A DNA stretch of 64,000 bases from Methanobacteriota archaeon (GTDB lineage: Archaea > Thermoplasmatota > Poseidoniia > Poseidoniales > Poseidoniaceae), in assembly GCA_018650165.1 (NCBI GenBank), contig JABIGM010000033.1, forward strand, positions 3,036 to 67,035, given 5' to 3'. The notes under the pieces were generated by a model. The model worked only from the letters and a program-made list of their open reading frames with translations. It was not told the origin of the DNA and did not search any database. This document shows positions 27,873-36,330 of the stretch, one piece after another (the stretch's first letter is position 1; every line of letters starts with the position of its first letter). The translations under genes were made by a program, and so were the position numbers.

Positions 27873-28379
27873 ATGGCGCGCCTCAAACTGAATGGTGTCA
27901 ATGAGAATCTGTCAGTTCTGGTTTCTTCTAAACTCACAGGTGCCGATGATCCAGAAATAGTTCTCGATGCAATCTTGACGATATTTCCCGAATTCAGGTG
28001 TGGCTTGCCTAGTAAACCAACATTTCCAACTCTGCAAAATGACATTATAGCAGCAGAGGGTGTCCCGCTAGATGGATTTCTAGATGCAATTCACCGTCAA
28101 GCTATTTTGGATACATCACTCGATTTCATGTCAACAAACCTAGATTCGACAGGGACTATGTTTCAAATTTCAAGACAGGCTGCAATGTCTGGAAAAGTGG
28201 CATTTCCTTTACCCGGAGACACACCTCTTGGCGGCGTAATTGTTGTCGAAATCGGAGGCGAAAATCTAGAGGATTGGCTCGAAGCCGCCACTTGGCACAA
28301 TGGCCGTGAAAATATTCCACGACGTGTTCGTGATGAATTCACAATGGATGGCCAAGGTGAGGCCGTCACCTGGCACTAA
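27873..28379 (+). CDS. UPF0201/COG1931-like conserved archaeal protein (predicted RNA-binding)
   Basis: MARLKLNGVNENLSVLVSSKLTGADDPEIVLDAILTIFPE... plus SRQAAMSGKVAFPLPGDTPLGGVIVVEI match the family pattern (PTED..KV..A....FP ... KQAA..G...F....PLG.I). Assigned from memory of the family. Confidence 0.55.
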   Translation: MARLKLNGVNENLSVLVSSKLTGADDPEIVLDAILTIFPEFRCGLPSKPTFPTLQNDIIAAEGVPLDGFLDAIHRQAILDTSLDFMSTNLDSTGTMFQISRQAAMSGKVAFPLPGDTPLGGVIVVEIGGENLEDWLEAATWHNGRENIPRRVRDEFTMDGQGEAVTWH

Positions 28380-29289
28380 TTGCTTCTGCGATTTCGCGGT
28401 CCGGTCCGAGCCATTCCACCTCATCTGGACCGGTACACCATCGAAACTTGTCATGCACATGCAGAACCATATCTCCACTTACTATTCTGCAAATCATTAC
28501 ATGCAATCGAACGACTACATCATCATGGTCAAAAATCCACGTACCGATTTTATTCCCCACTTCAACTTCCAATTCCAACTCTTCTCTTATTTCGCGTACT
28601 AAACACGCTGCAGCGTCTTCTCCATCTTCGAATTTACCACCAGGAAACTCCCACCAACCTGCGTGTTTTTCGTTTGGCGCTCGACGAGCAGCTAGAAATT
28701 TGCCACCCTGAATAATCGCTCCTGCACCAACGTCAATACAAGCAGGACGTAGCATTCTATCAATGCATTGCAGGACCAAACCGTTGGCATCATTTTGCTC
28801 CAAGGGGAGGTGTAAAAAGAAACATGGTGTGTCATTTTTTAGTGCATACAGGGTACGATAGAGAGTCTCATTGCAGAGGAACTCTCCCGCATCATTGCTG
28901 AGTATTGGGGAATCAATCATTCGATCAATATCCCAATCATTTGGCTTTATTGTTGAATACAAATCTCCAGTACCAGTAATTGTGGAATCCCTGATTTGCC
29001 TTCCATAATTATCAGGTATTCGGAAATCGAGGATGTCCTTTGCTCTCATCTCTATCTGGGGACTTTCAGCATTTTCTGCCAGACCGAGATGGATTATTGC
29101 TGCGAATTTTTGTTCACTCGTTCGGTTCGCTACCGCTATTGAACCAGTCTCATCTACAGACAGAACCATTGATTCAATGACGTGGTTACGCACGGTCAAT
29201 CCATCCAATGCGAGAGCAACATCTCCAGAAATATTGGTAGTATGTCCGCCGAACGGTTCGAACCCAGTGACCAAAATTGGCTCCTCCAT
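28366..29289 (-). CDS. Fusion protein: pyrrolidone-carboxylate (pyroglutamyl) peptidase I domain plus NUDIX (MutT-like) hydrolase domain
   Basis: N-terminal half: ILVTGFEPFGGHTTNISG, IEMRAKD (Glu), DAGEFLCNETLY (Cys), FFLHLP (His). C-terminal half: NUDIX box GGKFEDGEDAAACLVREIREELELEV. ATG at 29289-29287. Confidence 0.8.
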   Translation of the reverse strand: MEEPILVTGFEPFGGHTTNISGDVALALDGLTVRNHVIESMVLSVDETGSIAVANRTSEQKFAAIIHLGLAENAESPQIEMRAKDILDFRIPDNYGRQIRDSTITGTGDLYSTIKPNDWDIDRMIDSPILSNDAGEFLCNETLYRTLYALKNDTPCFFLHLPLEQNDANGLVLQCIDRMLRPACIDVGAGAIIQGGKFLAARRAPNEKHAGWWEFPGGKFEDGEDAAACLVREIREELELEVEVGNKIGTWIFDHDDVVVRLHVMICRIVSGDMVLHVHDKFRWCTGPDEVEWLGPDREIAEAISAR

Positions 29290-29364
29290 AGTAGGCTTTG
29301 ATTCGTCCCCTTCAATGACATTTGCGTCGTCACATTGACAAGCGGTCACGGTTAGGACTTGTTA

Positions 29365-29694
29365 ATGCAGTATGATGATGAGGTCTTGGAGGTCGTAGTA
29401 CCAGTACAAGAAGAACACATCGATGCTACAGCACTTGGGAAAACTATCTGGAATGAAATTACTGCGGGAGTCGGTATTTGGGGTGCATTTAGACCGATTG
29501 TTGCAGTATTGCTATCACTGGTACCATTCCTGTTTCTTGGTCAACACTTTAACAGAAATCACCAACGTGGAACCGATTGGTTTTTGCTACAAATACCACT
29601 TGCTTTCACACTTGTGCTCTGGGTAGGATTGTACCTGTGGTCAATCGTTGTTGCTTGGAAAGATTCAAGCGTTATTGTGTCTGAAAATTCATGA
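29365..29694 (+). CDS. Small 2-TM membrane protein (109 aa), hypothetical
   Basis: Acidic N-terminus followed by GVGIWGAFRPIVAVLLSLVPFLFLG and LLQIPLAFTLVLWVGLYLWSIVVAW. Confidence 0.5.
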   Translation: MQYDDEVLEVVVPVQEEHIDATALGKTIWNEITAGVGIWGAFRPIVAVLLSLVPFLFLGQHFNRNHQRGTDWFLLQIPLAFTLVLWVGLYLWSIVVAWKDSSVIVSENS

Positions 29695-30447
29695 CCATAA
29701 CTGTTTGTTACACTCTAGGTCACCACTAGCCATTCCTTCTAGGTCTGCCTTGTCATCATCATCGAACTCATCGGGTAAATTTCCTGTAATAAAATTGCCA
29801 ACATCACTACTTTCAATTGCCCAATACATAACTGAATTATCATTATTCGAATGACCCTTGTGGGATGAATCTTCGTGATCGATAGGTGAGTTGTACACTA
29901 AATTTACCAAACCTAAGAGATGGCCGGTTTCGTGAATCGTAACTGCACGCTCAACTTCTTCATTCGATGGTCGTCCAAATAATCCCTCGGCTTCATCGAC
30001 TGAATCTTTGAAAATTGCTACTGTGGAAGCATCGACTGCGACTCCGAGTACCGATTCATCTGAGTGCGTTCCTGCAGGGAATAAGAAATACCAGTGTAGT
30101 GTATTTGACCCCATTGCATCTCCACCATGTTTCCAGCGAGCATCTCTTACATCGTCTGAAGTCCAAGCCGTGTCTATTGCAAAGTTTGTTTCTTCCGCTT
30201 TTATTGTAATACCACCGGGTTTGTCACACACTTCTTGTAATCGTGATTTAACTAAGTCCATTGCAATTGGGTCATAGTCCTCTTCATAGAGAAAATGTAT
30301 TTCCATTTTTTCAAACCCAGTGTCCTGAAGACAAGCTAAAGCCAACCCACCTGGAATCCCATGTTCTTCATCTAACCATTCGTCACTACCAAAGCAACCT
30401 GATAATGTTGAAGTTATTAACAAAAATACCAAAAAATATTGTCGCAT
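29689..30447 (-). CDS. Lipoprotein zinc metalloprotease (metzincin-like, HExxH)
   Basis: Lipobox-like signal MRQYFLVFLLITSTLSGC. HETGHLLGLV with a downstream Met-turn-like SVMYW. SD TAGGTGAT overlaps the upstream stop. Confidence 0.7.
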   Translation of the reverse strand: MRQYFLVFLLITSTLSGCFGSDEWLDEEHGIPGGLALACLQDTGFEKMEIHFLYEEDYDPIAMDLVKSRLQEVCDKPGGITIKAEETNFAIDTAWTSDDVRDARWKHGGDAMGSNTLHWYFLFPAGTHSDESVLGVAVDASTVAIFKDSVDEAEGLFGRPSNEEVERAVTIHETGHLLGLVNLVYNSPIDHEDSSHKGHSNNDNSVMYWAIESSDVGNFITGNLPDEFDDDDKADLEGMASGDLECNKQLWS

Positions 30448-30450
30448 ATT

Positions 30451-30458
30451 ATCACCTA
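30451..30458 (-). promoter_or_regulatory. Shine-Dalgarno TAGGTGAT overlapping the stop of the 140-aa gene (coupling to the metzincin gene)
   Basis: The minus strand reads gaattcTAGGTGATaatATGcga. Confidence 0.55.
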
Positions 30459-30878
30459 GAATTCTTCGGGAATCTCCGTTGGACTGAACAGTTGACCTGG
30501 CCCTGATGCTTGAGATAATTGCCCTCTGACCAAATGCTCCCAAGAGCGCATTACGCCAAGTGCATCACTGACTAGCATCTCTTCCTCTTCTAAAGTAACC
30601 CGGATTAAAGTATCGAGGATGTCCATACGGTCTCTGTCAACCAGTGACAGAGCCTTTTCTAAATCAAATGTAGATTCGCTAGTTACTGGTTCCGAATCGA
30701 GTGGCCATGGAGCAGCAAGGTTTTCGGGTACAGTATTCGAATGGTCCTGTAGTTGTCGCAATAGCCGGTTTGTCCAACGAGAAATGACCAAACTTGACTC
30801 GAGTACAGGCATGCTTAGTTGGTTAATCAAATTCACCAAACGTTCCTGTAAGGTAACCATCGTTTGGGATCCGGTCAT
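30456..30878 (-). CDS. Hypothetical acidic cytoplasmic protein (140 aa), translationally coupled to the giant gene upstream
   Basis: No signal peptide or TM. MTGSQTMVTLQERLVNLINQL...EIPEEF. SD TAGGTGG overlaps the giant gene's TAG stop, 7 nt before ATG 30878. Confidence 0.6.
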   Translation of the reverse strand: MTGSQTMVTLQERLVNLINQLSMPVLESSLVISRWTNRLLRQLQDHSNTVPENLAAPWPLDSEPVTSESTFDLEKALSLVDRDRMDILDTLIRVTLEEEEMLVSDALGVMRSWEHLVRGQLSQASGPGQLFSPTEIPEEF

Positions 30879-30885
30879 CACACTA

Positions 30886-30892
30886 CCACCTA
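30886..30892 (-). promoter_or_regulatory. Shine-Dalgarno TAGGTGG overlapping the giant gene stop codon (translational coupling to the 140-aa gene)
   Basis: The minus strand reads aaaaagTAGGTGGtagtgtgATG. GGTG(A/G) is complementary to the conserved archaeal 16S 3' end. Confidence 0.55.
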
Positions 30893-33800
30893 CTTTTTGG
30901 GGACCAGCGACTCAATGTATTGGTGCCCATAGTGTGACCATTGGTCCATTGTCCAGCCTGTAGGTAATCCCGACGGAGGAATTGGCGGGCCAGGTGCTAA
31001 TGGAACTGCACCCTCAACATTCGGAGTTTCGGCTTGGCCGATAGATGGCACTAACTTTCCATCCATGTTTTCCTCAACTTCCGCAGTATGGTCCGATTCA
31101 TCTACTTCCTCACCACGTCTAATCTTTCTAATTTGGACCATTGTCCAAACTGCATAAGACATCGCACCGAGTGCAATTAGATACATTACAACAGACAATT
31201 GTGAGTCGGCAACTTGGTTTGCAAGTGCCGTACCATCTCTGTCTACTTCTCCCTTAATCAAGAGTGGAGTAATAGATATCCTTTCCTTTTCCACACCGGA
31301 ATCAAGGAGGAGGAGGCGGTGATCTAGAGTGTCTCCGACCTCGCCATCTGCAATAGCCAATAGCTTCACTTGGATTGTTTTTCCAGATGATACCGAAATA
31401 TCTACTGAAGATAATGTCTCCCAGTTTTCACCACTGGTCAGGCGTTGCAGAACAAATGTCACATTTCCTGAAGCCCCTGAATTCCTCGCCTCAACAGTGA
31501 GGGAAACCGACTCGTCAACAATCGGTGTAGGATTTGACCAAGACCACAACGTATCTGCTGCTCTGAGGCTTACATCCGGTCCTGTCAGAGCAAGAGGCCA
31601 TGATGCAAGTGGTGCTTCGAGTGTGTTACCGTCGCTGTCGTAAGGATTTCCAGAAGCATCTGAGCCAGTAACCCAGACATCAATTGTATATGATGGAAGA
31701 AGCATTGTCGCTCCACCATCGGTTAAATCGATGTAACCAGTCCAAAAGAATTGGTCCTCAAATGGAGTGGTATCAGGTAGTGGTGATGAACCTCTACTTA
31801 TCTCGGCTTCCCCAGCACGTACAAGATAGTGCATTACTGCTGGGTTTTCAATAGTAAATCCTTGGTCATCACGGGTTTCGAGCATTACTTGTAGATTTCC
31901 TGCAAGTGAAATAGGTATATCTTCACCTGGAGCAATTCCTGCTAAGTATACTGCATGGATAGTTGGTCGTTCACTGTCAACCGCTAGTCGCAAACGTGGT
32001 TTGAATTCGGATTCATCCTCTGCCAGACCAGGTAGATCTACTAGTTTCGCTCGCAAATCTAAATGGCCACTACGGACATCAGGAACTAGCATGTCAATAC
32101 TGAAATATCCACCATCTCGACTGGTAGTTGTCCATTCGTTTTCGTAGTCACCTAGAACGATTGTGAAAGTACCTGATGGAGCGGGTGTCTCATCTTCAGC
32201 GAAAAGTACACGGCCACTGAATCGCAGTGCTTGGCCAGCTCCGATTAGGGTCTCATCAAATTCAGGGTTGTAGTGGTTGGTTCCATCTCGTAATTCAATT
32301 GCCAAAATGTGTCCTGGCTGTGTATCGAACCGCAAATCATTGTCTAGGCTCCATAAGTCATTCCCTAATCCTGCTTTGTGAATATTACAAGGAACATTAT
32401 CCTCTAATCCACATGGCTTATCTTCAACCCAAACCTTTGGGATGAAATGCGATTCACCGTTTGTATCCCAGATTTCAGGGAAATTCCAAGTCAACTGGAA
32501 TTTTATCGATACAATCATTCGAGATTCGTTTTCCGGATCGAGGATAACAGAGGAGTACAGATTAGAAACTGCTAATCCAGAACCGCCACTTTCTAAAAAT
32601 AATTCTGGTAAGCCATCATTGGTCTTTGACAGGTAGGCAAAAATTGAGGTTTCATCATCATCAAAATCACCTGCGAGTGCTAATTGGACATAGTCAACAT
32701 CCCACCAGCCATTGATGTCTGAAACCATGAACGTAGCGGTATAAGACACACCAGGATGGAGAGGCTCTAGGTCATCGTGGCCCATGATTGTTGAATTATC
32801 AACATCCATTACTGGTTCAAATTCTTCACGTATCACATACCAGGATAGTGAATTATCCCATTCGGGAATTACTTCTCCCGGTCTGTCGCCACAATATTGT
32901 TCGCTAGACATGTCACAGACTGGTGCACCACCCATTGCAATCACATTTCCTTGCCCATCTTGGCCGGTAATATAGAATGCAACTTTGTCACCATGCAATA
33001 GCATTGAATCGTCTATCAGTCCATTGAAAATATTGAGACCACCCGCCCTTATTTCTGGTGTAGTCAGTGTTTTTGAACGGTATTCAATTGGTTCGGGAAG
33101 ACCATTAAAATTGGAATCGTCACACTTCTCATGCTCTCCTGCTTCACAACCCACCCAATAGTGTAGGTCTGCGGTTTGAGGAGGGTCTACCGAATCTTGT
33201 ATGATAACCTCAATTGCTTGCCCGCCAGGAGATGGTGGTCCCTTGTGCATTTCTGCAGATTTGGTTGGGCTAGCAAACAAAACAAGCGGAGCATTTCCAT
33301 CAAAAATCAATTTAATTGTATTATATCCGGGATTTACATAGGTTGAACCGGTTGCCAAATTTATAGCTTCAACCCTCAGAACCATTCCGCCAGGAGCAGA
33401 TTCAATAGGTGAAGTGAAGGTAATATTATATTGGCCAAATGCGGGATTTCCTTCTGAGTGAAGAACACTAGGTTCTCCAATTGGGACTCCATCGAAAGTT
33501 ACATTTTGGCCTAGTACTCGTAAATCAAATTCACCTGCTAAAGGTGAAAATGCAGAATTCTCAAAGTTTATTGCTCCAGCAATTGAAAGATTAAATCCGC
33601 CTCTAACCCAGTCACCTGGGTACAATTCTCTGCCGGTCTCTTCCCAAACGCGCATTCCATCTAACTGAATGTCATTCTCGATGTTAAGTGACAAAGTATC
33701 AGTTGTCCATGCAGTGATTTGAGGACCTAGATCATCATTCATCGAAACGATTGCTTCCATCCGCCTTTCATCATCCCATGTCCAGTTTACACGCATTGGC

Positions 33801-36238
33801 ATCTTCACAGATACCGTGCCTTCACTATCCATTGTCGAGGTGCAATTTCCAACATCAAAACTCACTATTTCATTAACATCATCTACAACACTACATGAAT
33901 CTCCACGTAGCCATTTGAATGCAGGATTGCCTCCATGTGAATTGTTTAATCCGATTGTTGCTTCAGTCACTTTATCGACCAAATCACCATGACCAAGTCG
34001 AACTACTAGGTTTCGATAAACGCCGTCAGGAGTTACCAGTCCCCCCTCTAGACTTGCATCGAGCACACGTGTCTTCAATCGATATTCAATATTTAATTCA
34101 GTCAGTTTTACTCTTCCGGGAGTATTTGCTTTGACTGCAATTGTAATTTCCACGGTTCCAACGCCATTATCAGGAATGTGGCTGTTGAAAGCATCAACCA
34201 ATCCGGGAGCTTCTGAAACAACACTTCCAACAGGTGAATCATCAGATGCAACCACTGAACTTTCGTTGAGGAAAAGGATAGATTTCCAATCCCACACGTT
34301 GTCATCTCCTACATCCAGTTGGGGTGCGTCTGGATATCCTTCTTCATACCAGAGAATGAAAGAGTCCACTTTCGGCGTCAGAGAGTTATCACTTGTCGCT
34401 AACAATACCGAATAAAGTAATTCATTTCCAGCACCTTGAGTTGAAAATGAAACTTCTTGATTATTGATTGCATCTTCCCAAGTTGTGCCATTATCATTGG
34501 AAACCTTGACTTCTAATGACGATGATGTAGGCTCATCAGCCTGCCATACGGCCCGAACTTTACCGACATTTGTTCCGGTTGAAACACGCTGACTAGTCCA
34601 ATCACCTGTTGTGTCATATGAGGTAGCATATTCCAGAGAGAGCCACCAAGAAACAGCAGAAGAACCAATCAGTTGCATTTTCCAAATTAATTCATTTCCT
34701 GGATGTGCGAAGTGGATAGTTTGGTTTTTCTCAACAGCTTCCCAGTGGGTACCATTATCGGCACTAACCCAGTAATCAACTCGATCTCCCTGGCTTGGTG
34801 CTGACCAGTGATTTTGTACATTTACTGCAATAACATCATCCGTAGTGACAATTGTATCTCCAACCCATGTAGTTGTACCAGGAGCAGGGGTTGTTGAATA
34901 GGAAAGCCCCATACCTAGTTCACGATAGTATAGAGTTTTAGAGCCCCATGTCGAATAGCCAGTATCAACTGTAATCAACCTCTGTCCGTCATAGTGCAGT
35001 CCAAATCCTTTGGCTGTGATGTCGATTGACCCTGCTTGTGGCACTAGTGATGATGACGTTCCAGATAGAGCCCATGCACTAATTTGGTCGGTGTCTGTGT
35101 AGTACAATCCCTTCATACAACGCATGTAGAAATAGTTAGAGTGTACAGTCAAGCCATGAACATTGCTTGTGGATTTGCCACATTCAGTGGATGAAGATGC
35201 CCCAGCTGAGAATGAATACATTTCTTCGCCCTTAGTAAATTGTCCATTATCTCCAAAGTCGTATGATACAATACGCCTTTGCTGTCCATGAACTATCCAG
35301 ATTTTGTCAGTTTCTCGATCATATGAGATTCCATTATATTCTCCATATGGCTGTCCAATGTCATAGGAATCTATACAATTCCATGTCCAATCATTTGAGA
35401 CATCAATTGCAAGAACTCTGAGGTGCTGTGTTGGAGTTGATGATGAATAAGAATATTTGTAGGTCGAAAATATACCATATAGGATTTCTTCATCAGTTAT
35501 TGTCCAGTCCTTGAAACCATAGGCCTTGTAGTAAGTTGAACTTGGGTCTTGAGGGAGAGCACACGCTGCTTCACGTTGTAAATCAACAACAATATCTCTG
35601 CTAACATTATTCGGGTGCATACGGTTGACTACTTTGTCAAATGAGGTCCCAGTAAAGGTTGACATGAAGAGCCAATCATGGTTACGAATGATTGCACCTT
35701 GGCCCTGTGCCATAAAGTTTTGACTTGTCATCTTTATTTGATTGCTGAATCGATTTTCAGTTGAGTTTGAAGTATGCGGTTGTCTAACTGCAAAACTACC
35801 ATTGTCGAGCCAAGATGATGTTCCGGAATTGATATCCTCATCGACCGCATGCGGTGCAAATATTACGTCTCCAGAATCAAATCCAAGAGTCAAATCACCA
35901 CTTCGTGAATCAGCCCGATTTGCTTCTCCATCCATCCATTCTTCATACGTGTCAGTAGAAACCTGCGACCAACCTGTCGATGACGCCCCCGAAAGTGTAA
36001 CTTGTACATCAAGAACCTCAGCCCCCTTCGGAATTGCAACTTTCGTGGTCTTATCCGAACCACCTTGATAGAGAGCAATATTCTCTATACTGCCATCTGA
36101 AAAGGTATAGATGTGCCTCGATGAACCTGCTGCTTCAGCCTCGCCCACAAAGGTTTCTGAAAGCGGGCTCAACGGTGTTAGTACTAGTAGCAAAAGCATC
36201 ATTATCAGGGCTGCACGGGAAGTAAAACTCTGCGACAT
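30890..36238 (-). CDS. Giant type-I surface protein (1782 aa) with propeller-like N-terminal region, Asp-box (BNR) modules, Ig-like domains, a TM and a conserved cytoplasmic tail
   Basis: Signal MSQSFTSRAALIMMLLLLVLTPLSPLS. Asp-boxes SADNGTHW and SNDNGTTW. TM LSVVMYLIALGAMSYAVWTMVQIRKIRR. The tail ends PPIPPSGLPTGWTMDQWSHYGHQYIESLVPKK. SD TAGGTGT lies 5 nt upstream of ATG 36238. Confidence 0.85.
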   Translation of the reverse strand: MSQSFTSRAALIMMLLLLVLTPLSPLSETFVGEAEAAGSSRHIYTFSDGSIENIALYQGGSDKTTKVAIPKGAEVLDVQVTLSGASSTGWSQVSTDTYEEWMDGEANRADSRSGDLTLGFDSGDVIFAPHAVDEDINSGTSSWLDNGSFAVRQPHTSNSTENRFSNQIKMTSQNFMAQGQGAIIRNHDWLFMSTFTGTSFDKVVNRMHPNNVSRDIVVDLQREAACALPQDPSSTYYKAYGFKDWTITDEEILYGIFSTYKYSYSSSTPTQHLRVLAIDVSNDWTWNCIDSYDIGQPYGEYNGISYDRETDKIWIVHGQQRRIVSYDFGDNGQFTKGEEMYSFSAGASSSTECGKSTSNVHGLTVHSNYFYMRCMKGLYYTDTDQISAWALSGTSSSLVPQAGSIDITAKGFGLHYDGQRLITVDTGYSTWGSKTLYYRELGMGLSYSTTPAPGTTTWVGDTIVTTDDVIAVNVQNHWSAPSQGDRVDYWVSADNGTHWEAVEKNQTIHFAHPGNELIWKMQLIGSSAVSWWLSLEYATSYDTTGDWTSQRVSTGTNVGKVRAVWQADEPTSSSLEVKVSNDNGTTWEDAINNQEVSFSTQGAGNELLYSVLLATSDNSLTPKVDSFILWYEEGYPDAPQLDVGDDNVWDWKSILFLNESSVVASDDSPVGSVVSEAPGLVDAFNSHIPDNGVGTVEITIAVKANTPGRVKLTELNIEYRLKTRVLDASLEGGLVTPDGVYRNLVVRLGHGDLVDKVTEATIGLNNSHGGNPAFKWLRGDSCSVVDDVNEIVSFDVGNCTSTMDSEGTVSVKMPMRVNWTWDDERRMEAIVSMNDDLGPQITAWTTDTLSLNIENDIQLDGMRVWEETGRELYPGDWVRGGFNLSIAGAINFENSAFSPLAGEFDLRVLGQNVTFDGVPIGEPSVLHSEGNPAFGQYNITFTSPIESAPGGMVLRVEAINLATGSTYVNPGYNTIKLIFDGNAPLVLFASPTKSAEMHKGPPSPGGQAIEVIIQDSVDPPQTADLHYWVGCEAGEHEKCDDSNFNGLPEPIEYRSKTLTTPEIRAGGLNIFNGLIDDSMLLHGDKVAFYITGQDGQGNVIAMGGAPVCDMSSEQYCGDRPGEVIPEWDNSLSWYVIREEFEPVMDVDNSTIMGHDDLEPLHPGVSYTATFMVSDINGWWDVDYVQLALAGDFDDDETSIFAYLSKTNDGLPELFLESGGSGLAVSNLYSSVILDPENESRMIVSIKFQLTWNFPEIWDTNGESHFIPKVWVEDKPCGLEDNVPCNIHKAGLGNDLWSLDNDLRFDTQPGHILAIELRDGTNHYNPEFDETLIGAGQALRFSGRVLFAEDETPAPSGTFTIVLGDYENEWTTTSRDGGYFSIDMLVPDVRSGHLDLRAKLVDLPGLAEDESEFKPRLRLAVDSERPTIHAVYLAGIAPGEDIPISLAGNLQVMLETRDDQGFTIENPAVMHYLVRAGEAEISRGSSPLPDTTPFEDQFFWTGYIDLTDGGATMLLPSYTIDVWVTGSDASGNPYDSDGNTLEAPLASWPLALTGPDVSLRAADTLWSWSNPTPIVDESVSLTVEARNSGASGNVTFVLQRLTSGENWETLSSVDISVSSGKTIQVKLLAIADGEVGDTLDHRLLLLDSGVEKERISITPLLIKGEVDRDGTALANQVADSQLSVVMYLIALGAMSYAVWTMVQIRKIRRGEEVDESDHTAEVEENMDGKLVPSIGQAETPNVEGAVPLAPGPPIPPSGLPTGWTMDQWSHYGHQYIESLVPKK

Positions 36239-36300
36239 AGAATACACCTACACACCGCTCAGACGCCATAACTCTTGAATTAACCGGCGCCTGGTCAGTT

Positions 36301-36321
36301 CAAAAATCTCCTTTAGGAGAT
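36301..36321 (-). terminator. Candidate terminator hairpin plus T-run after the TSP3 giant gene
   Basis: The minus strand reads ATCTCC-TAAA-GGAGAT followed by TTTTTG, starting 9 nt after the stop at 36331-36333. Oligo-T tracts are known archaeal termination signals. Confidence 0.45.
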
Positions 36322-36330
36322 AAATTGGCT

